Assembly (NCBI RefSeq): GCF_964204645.1
Contig: NC_134025.1
Location: 28,934,299-28,998,298 of the forward strand
Reading direction: 5' to 3'
Length of the DNA: 64,000 nucleotides
Source of the DNA: Tubulanus polymorphus
Lineage: Eukaryota; Animalia; Nemertea
In this document: piece by piece, positions 11,124 to 23,400 of the stretch
Layout: every line of letters starts with the position of its first letter
How positions within the stretch are numbered: position 1 is the first letter of the stretch
Position numbers and translations under genes: made by a program
Notes under the pieces: model-generated
The model's input: only the letters and a program-made list of their open reading frames with translations
The model's database searches: none
What the model was told of the DNA's origin: nothing

Positions 11124-14100
11124 ATGGCAACCGACCCCAATGAAAAGAAGGGTCTCGAGCTTTTAGCTCAGGCCGACAAGAAAATGAGGTCAGCTGCTGG
11201 ATTTTTCTCTTCAATTTTCGGGTAAGCTGAATTTCATCATCACATACAGGATTACATTTCGTTTGATAATGTTCTGAATTTTTAGGAAAGCCTGTTGTTT
11301 AAATCTACTCGTACTCTACGACTACGTGGCGCTTAGTGTAAGGGTTTACAGTTGAGGTATTGGCCTGGAGTTAGATAGGGGCCGCTTTTTTGTCTCTGAT
11401 AAGAGTGGCAACTAGTAAAGATTGTCCGGAATCAGACTGGTTGTCATTTGTATATCAGTCAATTCTGGACACAAGAATAATTTCATTATGATTATGAACC
11501 GCACGAAATCCCCGTTGTATCTGTGATGATGCAATAAAACATTACAATCCCACAATCATAAATTGATTTAGGTCTTAACGTTAATCAAAATGTAGGCTAG
11601 ATTACCCGAGAAATATTTCTATCTTACATTGGAATTATTGGTATTGAATATATTTCTAGTGGAGGTTCAAAGATCGAGGAAGCTGCAGAATTATATGTAA
11701 AAGCCGCTTATGCCTTGAAAATGGCAAAAAAATGGAAAGGTTAGTATACTGTCTGTCTGACTGAATAGATTTATTGAGGTACCAGATTTTAGTAATACTG
11801 TTATGATAAATCATGATCTAAATAGCGCTTAATGCTGCCAGGTGATCAGTTTTATTACCCATACACCTATATCCCTAACTTTATATCGATCAACTGGCTC
11901 TCTTTGTGGCATTGGTATTCAATAGTGGATCCAGAGAGTTTGTGGAACCCCTTTTCTGACCAAGCGCCCCTTCGAAAATCACAGGTGAAAAATTGCGCCT
12001 ATGATCTATGGCGAAAGTTCACAGTACTGCTTAAAGCAGTAATATGTTCTAAAATCGCAGATAAATGTACCTAAATTTTCAAAAAAATTTTGTGGGACCC
12101 CGGCAGACTCAATCTCTTCCAGGTCACATCGCGCCTTAAGTGCTTGACAGGATACCTGCCACATCTGTTAAGTCTTCATATAAGGTGAACCCCCCGTTCT
12201 TCCAGCTGCCAGGATCTGTCCCTGGTATAATAAACCCCAAGCCTATAAAACTGTGTATCTGTGTATCAGTCATCTCTCACCGGTGAGAAGTGTCTGACAC
12301 TGTTACCCTAGAAGAGATCTCGAGTTTAAACTGTATTCTGTGATCAAGAGTCGTCTATGAAGACGAATGTATTTTTTGGTTTATTATTAAGCGGCTGGTG
12401 ATGCATTTTGTCAATCATCCGAGCTAAAACTACGCATGCAAAGTAAACACGAAGCAGCTACGCATTACGTAGAGGCGGCCACGTGTTACAAGAAAGCAGA
12501 TCCAAATGGTAAAGTACTGTTTACGATATAATGATAGAAGAAAGAAGAAATTAGAAGAAATTCTATCGATGATTTTATTTGATGCATGTACACGTTATGC
12601 TTATGAAAATCATCTATTTGCAGAGGCTATACGCGTAATGATGAAGGCTATAGAGATTTACACCGATATGGTAAGATTAACTGCATTTGAAAATATGTAT
12701 GAATTGAAGAGATCGGTTGGCTATATTTTGAATATAACACTGCGTAAATGCTATATTACTTCCTTGTTTGAGCGTAGAACAATGTTTACCGGGTATCAAA
12801 GAAATGTGTTGCTGTTTATTTTCTCTCTATTTATATCCGTACGTCATTTTTGTCGATCAATATGTAGATACGAGCCTAATGGATTCATTCTTTCTTCCTG
12901 TTGTAAACACTTCACCGTAGGTTAAATTGTCATAATTTCTTGTATTGCAAATGCTGAATGCCTCGTTATATTTACCAGGTATATGATACGTTGCGTTTCA
13001 AATTACACGCCTTAAGCTTAATCTATTTTAAATAGATTACTGATATTTGACTCTGTATGCTGGTGTAGGCTAACCAGTTTGTTCGATTGTACTTAATGAA
13101 CTAGTAACTCAGTTACGTCAATCATTACGAACAGCTAGTTGAATATTGATCGAATCCACAGAGAAAAAAGCTCATGGTGGAAGGTTAAGGAGTGTTGATC
13201 TAAAATAGTCAATATATAAATGATTCAATGCATTGTTTTTTTTTTTCATTAGGGCCGCTTTACAGTGGCAGCAAAACATCACATGACTGTCGCAGAAATC
13301 TATGAAACAGAATTAGTCGATATGGAGCAGGTTGGTTTAGAAAAATATCAGGAACCGATTGCACAGTTAAAGGCTTGTGTTTCGCTCCCGGCAGGTGTGG
13401 GGGGTCTGTAAGGGACACTCAATCAAAACATCAAATGAAATTTACCAACCAAATAAATAACAGGGACAATCCCCATTTTAAGATAAAAAAAAGGCTGCTG
13501 ATAGCAGTCTACTGTCTATAGCCGCCGATCTGACGGCAGAGTCTTCAGATTCATGACCGTTTTTGGGCCATCAGTCATAACTGTGCAACTGCGTCCTAGA
13601 TCTCTAATGAGAGTTTGAATGCAGCGGCTGCATTGAAAAGTATTATTTCTCATATTTTAGGCTATCAGTAATTATGAAAAGGCTGCTGATTATTACAAAG
13701 GAGAAGAGTCAAATAGGTACGGAGATACTGGTATAACTAACTGTCACATTCATTTGAGTATCGATCATTTTACCTTTCTTTGCTAAAAAAGTAATCGTTT
13801 TTAGCTTACAGCAATTTGTCAAGTAATTCGAGTAGAGATGAAATACATTTTTGATGCAATTCGGATCTTTGAAGCACCTTTGCAATAATGTGTCGTACTG
13901 CAATGGCATCCCCGAAGATATTTTTTCTAGCTTAATGAATGTCTTGATGTTTTTGTTGTTGTTATACGACAACAAAAATCGTGTAGGGCTCAGAATAATT
14001 ACAGCGGTTTGATATCTGTTTATTACAACATGAAATTCTGTATTTTTCGTTTCAGCTCCGCGAGTAAATGTCTTACGAAAGTGGCCCATTTTTGTGCCCA

Positions 14101-14915
14101 AATTGAAATGTATGACAAAGCTGTAGAGATATTTGAAGAGGTAGATATTTATGAAGTACGTTTTCTCTTCCCTAAAACTTGGCCTGAATTAATTTTCGTT
14201 TTGTTTTATTTGTAGATCGGTCGTAATGCGATGGATAATAAATTATTGCATTACGGAGCGAAGGAGTATTTTTTCAAAGCGGCTCTCTGTCACATGTGTA
14301 TAGATCTGCTGAATGCACAACAAGCCATGGCTAAATACGAGGAAATGTTTCCTGTTTTCTCCGGTTCGAGGGAACACAAATTTCTCAAGGTGAGGAGTAA
14401 AATTATGATCATTATTCACCGAAGAAATGGTTATCTAATTATGCACTGCTTGATATCCAGGGCCCGGTTTCATAGACCGAGTATCAAAGTTATCCCTAGG
14501 GGTAAATCCTCAATCTGGGTGACAACCATCACAGTTACAATGAGAAACCATGGTTATAAAGACAAATTTCAAAATGTTCCCAGGGACTATTTTTCTTCCA
14601 CATCTATGAAATCCACCTCTGCAGTTTCATTATCCATACCGGCAACCGGTATATCAATTCAACCACTCAACTGTGGACTGAAATATTGAACTAATGATGA
14701 AAATAAAAAGAAATTAATCAGGATTTTAAATTCCAAACCGCTGTTTATTCGGGTTTTTTTTGCAGACGCTGATGCAAGCGTGTGAAGACAATGAAATCGA
14801 TGTTTATACTGAAGCGGTGAAAGATTACGACAGCATTTCACGACTGGACACGTGGTTGACTACGATACTGTTACGCATAAAGAAAGGAATCAGTGACTCT
14901 CCCGATCTCACTTAG
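11124..14915 (+). CDS. NAPA: Alpha-soluble NSF attachment protein (alpha-SNAP), 9 coding exons
   Basis: [33 protein letters not shown] / [12 protein letters not shown] / [20 protein letters not shown] / [25 protein letters not shown] / [13 protein letters not shown] / [15 protein letters not shown] / [20 protein letters not shown]...DLT-stop; all introns GT-AG. Confidence 0.97.
13352..13596. mobile_element. Degenerate MITE of the GGCCRGTT.CACAGT family in alpha-SNAP intron
   Basis: Left end gaaccgattgcacagtta and right end taactgtgcaactgcgtc are inverted repeats. Confidence 0.55.
14461..14618. mobile_element. Short MITE with related terminal inverted repeats in alpha-SNAP intron
   Basis: ggcccggtttcataga ... 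tctatgaaatccacct termini, flanked by CAG and CTG; internal inverted tatccctagggg/cccagggacta. Confidence 0.5.
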
Positions 14916-15070
14916 ACGTATCAAACATCTCGACAACGACGAGATATCGTTAATTAATCGATTAATTAACGTCGTTACATTATTCAATCATGATTTTTTT
15001 CCAGCAGACGTTTATATTATAAATAGTATTTATCAATTCTACGTTTAGGAGCCGTCTGTTATGAACCTGG

Positions 15071-15290
15071 GGCCGGTTCCATAGTCATGGCTTAGACTTA
15101 AGCCCGATCTAAGACCAACTTAGTTCTATAGCCAATCTAACAACTTAAGACTAGTCTTAAGATTTCAGACGACTTTTGGACTTAAGTCACGACTGTGCAA
15201 CTGGCCTGGTCTTAAGTTGTTAGATTAACTATAGAACTAAGATAGTCTTAGACTGGTCTTAAGTCTAAGCCATGACTAAGGAACTAGCTC
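15071..15290. mobile_element. Foldback MITE (one full unit plus an inverted partial copy), Harbinger-like, just 3' of the alpha-SNAP stop
   Basis: gggccggttccatagtcatggcttagacttaag...tagttctatagccaatctaacaacttaagac is mirrored by gtcttaagttgttagattaactatagaactaag...cttaagtctaagccatgactaaggaactagctc; CTG on both flanks. Confidence 0.8.
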
Positions 15291-16270
15291 CTGCGCTCTA
15301 AATTCCCCTTGCACATTTCAAGTACTATGTACATTAGGGAAAAGTTTTGGACCCCATGGAAGCACAATTACTTTATGGATGGCCCCTCGTGTTATGTCTC
15401 GTGTGAAATGTACCTGAAATGCCGGTTTTTCATTTCGTGATGATATGTCGATATTATTTTCCATTTAAGAGATTAAATGCGTTCAGATCGCCACAGTTTT
15501 TGTATACGATTCGTGCATTTCCATTCGCTCTACTCACTTAGGTCCGTCAAGTTAATTCGTGAAGTCAATTCACTCGATTGCGATTCCCGTACATTTAAAC
15601 ATCCATAAGAATGCGGCAATCGGTACAATTTTATTTTCTTATGGATCTTTAAATGCATGAAGTGTCGATTACTAAAGTCTCCTATGTATAATTGTAGTCT
15701 AGAATGTATATAAGTTGTCATGAATCAGTAATACATGTTTGTCATCAATTATGAGGTATTTCCAACTTCCATTTTTGCACCACTGCATTATTACATACAC
15801 TACTGTGATTGAACCTCATGCATGTTATTATTTACTGCTGGTCTATAGCTGTTCGTTTCTGTTTAACTCTATTATTATCAAACATAATTTCATCATATCT
15901 GCTTTTCATATGACGTAGTCACACGATTCTGGGTTATGGTGAATTATGGATTCATTCTTATGTTTAATATTTCAACTCTTTGTAGTTACTTAACAAGAGT
16001 TCTGAGGTACGAGTCATCCGAGGCTTTCCTAAACCGTACTTGTAGACCCTGAAACTTTAATGCTTGAAATACAGTAGATTACCTACTGAAAAAACCATTC
16101 AATCTTACTAAATTTATTTTGAAAAATTTTTTGTCTTACCCTGATTCTCAACTAGGTGAAATATTGAAAAATATAAGTGAGGCAGAGTGTACTGTATTTA
16201 TCCAAACTTGTTGATAACTACGGAATTTCAAATCACCTGTGAGTGACTAATACCACTTAATCGAACCCAC

Positions 16271-16391
16271 AGCCCAGTTGGATAGTCGTGACTTAAGTCC
16301 AAATGACTGGTTTTAAGTTGTTAGATTGGCTACAGAATTCAGATGGTCTTAGACTGGTCTCGAATGTAAGCCTTCACGGTGAAACTGGCCT
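16271..16391. mobile_element. Further copy of the same MITE family, in opposite orientation to the 15071 unit
   Basis: cccagttggatagtcgtgacttaagtccaaa...ttaagttgttagattggctacagaa...gtcttagactggtc...gtgaaactggcc aligns with the reverse complement of 15071-15207. Confidence 0.75.
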
Positions 16392-16861
16392 CTGGTTTTC
16401 ATCTTTTTCTATGCATTCCTATTGATGTTAGATGTTTAGAACTGGTTCTATCTTTCAGTCTCGATGTTGAAAATATAGCGCATACTTCTATGTAATGTGT
16501 ATGATGTGTAATATGAATTTAGAAAGTTGTGGGATGTGTAATATATATATCCTCCCAGTCGACAATATCGACTGTCAAATATCTATGATTGCCAGGCTAT
16601 ATGAGACAGTATTGACGTGTTGCGTTTATGTGGTCAATAAATCCATGTAAATGTGTGGAAAAATTGACAACCCGTAAAATATGAAAATACATATATTCAA
16701 GTGTTCAGATTGTACTGAATTGCCGTGTACTGTTGTAGATTTTCGTTTTTTTTTGATTTTCAGGATATCTATGAAAGTTTTATTTGTAAATATTGTGCAA
16801 TACGTTGAAGATATTCGTCAATTGTCGTCAATTTTTGTTCTTAACAGTGTGAGATTTCCAG

Positions 16862-16968
16862 CACCCGGTTCACCGATTGTGAGTTAAACTCAACTAGGAT
16901 ATAAGTAATATGATTGAAAATGAAACGATTTTTCAAACTTAATCTTAGACAATCGGTGAAACTGGTAC
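16862..16968. mobile_element. Short MITE with related TIRs and CAG flanks
   Basis: cag|cacccggttcaccgattgt ... acaatcggtgaaactggtac|cag. Confidence 0.6.
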
Positions 16969-17845
16969 CAGAAATATCACTGGTTATGAGCATGTTATGG
17001 AATGTAAAATGTATGTATATAAAATATGTGGAGAATTAGTAGTTCAGAAATATAGCGCTTTAAAGACGAATATATAAATTGAGATGACGAATTATCTTCA
17101 GTCTCGTCAACAGAATAAACTGAATTGATTGTGTATATAAGAAAATATCAAAGTCTTCTTTAATTCATTGATGGAAGGAACTGAACTCCGGGTGAAGAAA
17201 CGACTATGAGACTTATTCCGATTGCAAACAAATTTTAGCTCTGCCATGTAATGTGGGATCTTCCTTAATGAAGATGGAAACAAAATCCGTAGTATATAAC
17301 ACAGAACTATCGCTAGTTGTATTATAAAACACGTCCTATCAGCACGGTATCCACGAACAGAAACCCCTCCTGCGGCTATCCGGGATTAAGCCACATTACA
17401 CGAAGAATCTAAGGTTGCCTCAATGATATCGATGATTTGAATCTTACGCCGGACCGTAGAATTCAGTGCTAGCGAGTTAATCTAAAACATTAAATTTATT
17501 CAACTCTAAACGAATAAAATTTAACCAACTTTAATTTCATTGAACTGGTGGTTGTTTCACAGAACAGTAGCTATCTGAACAGTATCTGTGATTAGGGTCG
17601 TGGGTTGTGAGTTTAAAAAGCAGTGGCGGGGCTAAATTAAAACTGTTCTTGGATCGTATCAGTACTCGCGCATCTTTGATCAATTAGAAGAGTGGAACGA
17701 CGAGGTATCTATTTTAGGGTGGACTTAAGCACCGTCTATTATTATTTATATCATGAAAATATACAACATAACTTTATACATCTATCAATTAATTCATAAT
17801 GTACAAAATTCGTTGTTCTATAGAACCTAATAACAATCAATCAGA

Positions 17846-17856
17846 TAATGATGATG

Positions 17857-17892
<36 letters not shown>

Positions 17893-17914
17893 TTAATCAA
17901 TAATAATGATAATA
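17846..17914. repeat. (AAT/GAT)n microsatellite
   Basis: Visible run aatgatgatgataataataat... Confidence 0.9.
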
Positions 17915-20492
17915 GTATAAATATTAAATACTTAACTATTAAATGCAACAATGTTTTACGATATAAATGAATGAGATGCTATAAGCTTATATCAATAGGA
18001 TTTGGAAAATAACCAAAAGTGTTAGCAACTTTTACTTCTCTATTGGAATCACTCGAATATAATGTACATATGTAAATATGAGTAAAATAAGCGCGTACGT
18101 TTTAACCTTGCACAAATCGTACTCGAATTGAGTTCATTTTTAATGTCCATATTCTTTGTGACAGTAACGTTTTATTCGTACGAATTATGCATGATTAAAA
18201 GTACACCTGGCATTCTACCAATTTCCCATGGATTTTTGTCACGTGTCGAGGCGCGTATCTATCTCCAGTACATCATGGAAATGTAATTCACATAATTTCT
18301 ATTTGTCACATATATTATCTACAAGTGAAATTTCTCATTCATATATATCTTTTTCTTAGAATTTTACCGTAGAGATATATACATCTCTCACGTTACTGGC
18401 CTTCATATTCTGTTATCGCACTGGAGTTACTATCAAAGTAATGATGGCAATAGAAAAATATCAACGAAATTACGAAATATGTAAAAACGAACGAACAGAA
18501 ATCCACACAAAATTTTCGTGATAGAGAACTGCGAAATTGGGATATAGCCTGATAAAACTGGAATGAAAATCTCAACCCATGTCGACGAACTTTCGGGAAG
18601 TGGTTGAGCTTTGTATCTAAGATACATTCTGTTTGATTGCACTGTTATTTTACTGACAAAAGCTGTCTTTTTGATTTTCATACCCCAAGGTCAACTTGAA
18701 CTATAGCGAACATATATATTAGGTATAATGCAGTTATTAAATACTGGTTAACTTTGAGCAACCGGCGCCAAATTGTTAAACCAAAAGGGAGTTAGTGCGA
18801 ATAATAGAGAATATATATAAAACTACATTATTTGAAAATTATTGTACGTCGCAATATGTCACTTAGAATAATTTAAATAATCAGAAATGCCCATAACACG
18901 AAATCAGTTTGTTCACCTATACAAATAATCAGCATATATTTCATACAATGACTTAACGCTTATCATATAGTTAAGTTAGTAACCCTATTTTACTGTTGGC
19001 ATGTATTCATAACACTTTAGGCTTTATTAATACATATCTATTCAGCGACAAGTGCTACACACCGATATGACATATTATGGTAATATCAGAGATTAACAAC
19101 TGATAAATTGCACTTTAGTATTGAATTATGTCCTAACGTCCGTGGCATAGTCGCGAGGGCAAAACCAAGGTTTTTCGATTCTAGTCTAGATAATTGCCCA
19201 TGAAATTGCTCAAATTATTCAAATGATACCACAGAGATGGGTTTCTCAGATCACCAAAACGTATCAAAAACGTCCCGAGAAGCATCAAACCACGTACTCA
19301 CTAAGTGTCCATGATGTCAAACCGATGTTTTTAACTTATGTTGAGTCATAAGTAAACGGCTACATTAATTCTTGCCACACATGAATAAAGAAATTGCCCG
19401 GATATGCATTTTCGTAAAAAATGAGCAATTAACTGAAGTACCAATATACTTAATAACTTATTGTGCGTTATTTGAAATGACTAGCGTTTTCTGACGTCCA
19501 TTATTCCGAAGGTCATCATTATTAAGTGGAACATTTTTTTCTTTTGTTGTGCGCATGGTATTTTTGTATAAGTTCTAGTACGAATTGAATGAAAATCCTT
19601 TACGAGATGTTTTAATCACATACGAAGTAATTTCTAAAAATGGATATATATTTGTAAGTGGTCACCGACCTGATACTATCGACGACACATTTAAGGGAAA
19701 TATTACGCAAGGATCGTTCTTGGAATCTCATATAAATTGTGCTTTTTCACACCATAATATGAGAAATATAATCATCTTCTTGTTTGCTTACTACTTCTAT
19801 CTGTATATATATATATATCAAGCGGTCTAAAAGTCTCTTTCTTTCTGCGTCTATACATTGATAATTTACATGACTTCATATTTCTGGAATGGTGGTGATC
19901 CTATAATACATTACAAATACGATATCTTATAATGGGTTAAATAAAATGGAATGACTATAAAACGCTAGTTGGTTCTGAATCACGCCATCATAACATTTAA
20001 GAAGGTGGGATCTTTCAACCTACGAACAACAGATGATGAACACGTAGTATTCGATAAGATAAAGTTGTTAATTCTATCTACACACCAAACAAAATGCTGC
20101 CATGAATTGTTGGTGTTTATTTGACCCTCAAAGGGAGCGCTTTACTTCTTGAGCAACATTTTAAAAGATTTCGTACACAACCGGCAATAGCCTCCCGATT
20201 TCAGGAACCCAGAAAATGTTCTTCTCAATCTTAATGATCGCTTTGATAGTCGTTTTGCTAATCATCCACCTTCAACAACGAGAATCCATCAAAACGAAAC
20301 AATATAGAATAAACTTGCGTTAAATCGTTCAACTTTCCATCACATCAACTATGGAACCTGATTGGAATGTAACCAACATCCCCCGCAATCCCTCACATCC
20401 CCCACAATCCCTCACATCCTTCACATTCCCGTCAACCGAAACAACAGTTCTTCACTATTTACATTCTTTGTACATATATCACAACATTTTCT

Positions 20493-23400
20493 CTATACGC
20501 TCGTAGATTCGATCACAATTGCTGGTATACTTTCTAGATATGGCTCGACATTATCAGTATCGATTGTAAGAGGTGTACACTCCTCTTGTTGTTCTCCCTC
20601 TGATGGACTATCGTTCTCAAGATCACTAGTATTATCACACGGATTAACAGGAACATCGATATTATCAAGTCTTAAATAGTCTTTATCCAGAACCATCAGA
20701 TCTTCCAGTTTTTCACGTATCGCCGTAAACGAGGGCCTGGTCAATGGCCTTTCATCCCAACACTGCACCATCGTCTCATAGCTACAAGAATGAATGACGT
20801 TTATTTAGACATAAAAGACCAGTACAGAGGAGAATACAAATATATGCAAAAATAAGTCATTCATTAATGTACAGAAATGTGTCATGAACATAGAAACTTA
20901 TGATTGCATGATTATTTCTACGATTAAAAGCATATCCTTTTTTCAACTTACAGTTCTGGTGAACAGTTTGACGGCTTGTCCATCCTGTAACCTCGACAGA
21001 GCATTGTGTATAAATCGGCAAGCGCGATGTTAGGATATGGTGACCCACCTGGAATTCAATATACATTTATATTCACTAGGTACTACTCTGAATAACACTA
21101 TATATTTTGTTTCTTATTGCAGAAATAATTATTATTTTCTTTAATTTTCTTTAATATTTAATATTTATTATATTCTAATATATTATTGCAGATTTTCTAT
21201 CATTATAAAACCCAGACTTACCGAGGGTAGCTATTTCATATAGTAATATGCCATATGACCAGATATCTGAATATGTAGTGAATATACGATCTCGTAATGA
21301 CTCTAATGCCATCCATTTTAATGGCAATTTACCATTTGTAACTTTATGATACAGATTTGTCCCATATACATCCCGCGATAGACCAAAATCACAAAGTTTT
21401 ACAAACTTATTTGGCCCCACTAATATATTTCTGGCAGCTAAATCACGATGAACGAATTTCTTTTCTACAATATACTCCTGTAAGCAAATACACAACCAGA
21501 TGATTAGCTAGAATTGCGCTTGGAAATGATTTTCAAGATCAACCGCGGTATCGATATGCTTACCATGGCCATTGCGACTTGACGGGCGAATGAAAGCATG
21601 TCAGATGCAGAAATCACCCAGTTGATTCCATCGTCTTCATATTCTAATTCCTGTATACCATCATCAGTTAATGATATTGTTCCCTGTAACCGGCATTTTC
21701 TGTAAAGCGAGCAAAAATCTACTTTAGAAATATATATGAAGAATTGGAACTCAAATTTGCTGCAACAACGATCGGAAAGATTCCGTTCTCAAAACGAAGT
21801 TATTTCAGAAGTCTTACTTCAGAAAGTTTTGTAGATTGCCATGAGGCATGTATTCCAGAACTAGTGTTACTGGATCTCTCAATGTACACGCTCCTATTAA
21901 TGATACAATGTGAGGATGTGGGCCGAGTTTCTTCATCAATGCAATCTCTTGTAGAAAGTCCTCTTTATACGAAAGAGGTACATTATCTAAAAATGACAAA
22001 AAAATACCGAAGACGTTATCGGTCGGTTGATATTAGGAACGAGACTCTTCGTAAGGTCGATGGCTCACGGTTCATACCTTTGAGTACTTTCACTGCGACC
22101 GTTTGTTCGCTTAATTCCCCTACAATGACCTTTCCGAATGCACCTTGCCCGAGCACATGGCCGAGTACAAGATCACTATGTTCGATTTCCCATTCGTCTT
22201 TAACCGTAACTAGCAACTCTGGACGATTGGCCTGTCGACTGACTAGGAAATTCAGAGGCGTTCTTCTGATCATACCTTCTATAGGAATCAAATTTAACAA
22301 TTTATCTACCTCTCATCTTTGTTATAACTGAAATCTGATAAATGATGACGCAGTGTTTGACGTACCTGCGTAGGATGATTTGTAACTATTGCTGTTTGCA
22401 GCGACAGTTTTTACGATCGCAATTTCTCCTTTATATCTTCTGTAGATGATAATGAACGCGATCAAAGCCGCCGCAAGTAAACCAACTGTTACCACTATAA
22501 TAATGATTGTACTCATATCTGATTTACCAGCTGAAAAAAATGAGAAAAAAATCATCAATTCAGATATGATTCAATCACAGTGATTCACTCAATTTAAGAA
22601 CTGAATGACAATATCTTACCAGCGTTTATTGGAAGCTGTGATGGCATTGTTGTATTAACTGTTTTCACATCGCTGCTTTTAATGTGCGTGTAACCTTTCT
22701 CATCATTGAATGTTGCTTCGACCTGAAATACGTTCGATAAAACGTCCCAAAATAACTCAAAAATATCGATTCTAACAGTTTGGGAATCGTTTGCCATACA
22801 AAGGTTTTTTTTCAAATTACTTACCTCGACTTTATAGAACAGATCAGGAAGAAGTGTAAGTTGTATCGATGTACGATTTGTAGGTGCTGTTGTACCGGAC
22901 ACTGATTGAACGTGTGTAGATGACTTCTGTAATTCTATTGCCGCCCATTTTACTGTATAAAGCGTCTTATGATGGGTAATATTCTGCCACGAAATGGACA
23001 CCAATACCTTGCCTTTTTCTTTACTCCAGACGGGCCCCTTTGTGACGGTTACTTCGAGCGGGTATTCAGGTTCTGCAACAGAATGGCCGGTAGGGCGGCC
23101 TTTAATTACAAGAATATTTTAAAATTTTTGTATAGATGATGTTGTTGGATCATTCTTTTGTCCGCCTGTTGTCACTAATAGAATGAAAGTATGATATGAT
23201 GATAAATGAGAGTATAAGAGTTAAGATAGATAATATACTAAACAATAAAAACAAACAACAAACCGAACGAACGAAAGTAAAATGAAAGATGAATTATGAA
23301 GGTAAGGAGGGAATTTAACGAATTATTTTCGATTTCAATTTAGTTATTCACGTTTTCAAGATGGCGACATTTTATTCGGCTTCTCGCGTAGACGAACTGA

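Noticed and set aside
21744-22331. 195-aa plus-strand ORF
   Set aside because: Antisense to RTK kinase exons with no recognisable features.
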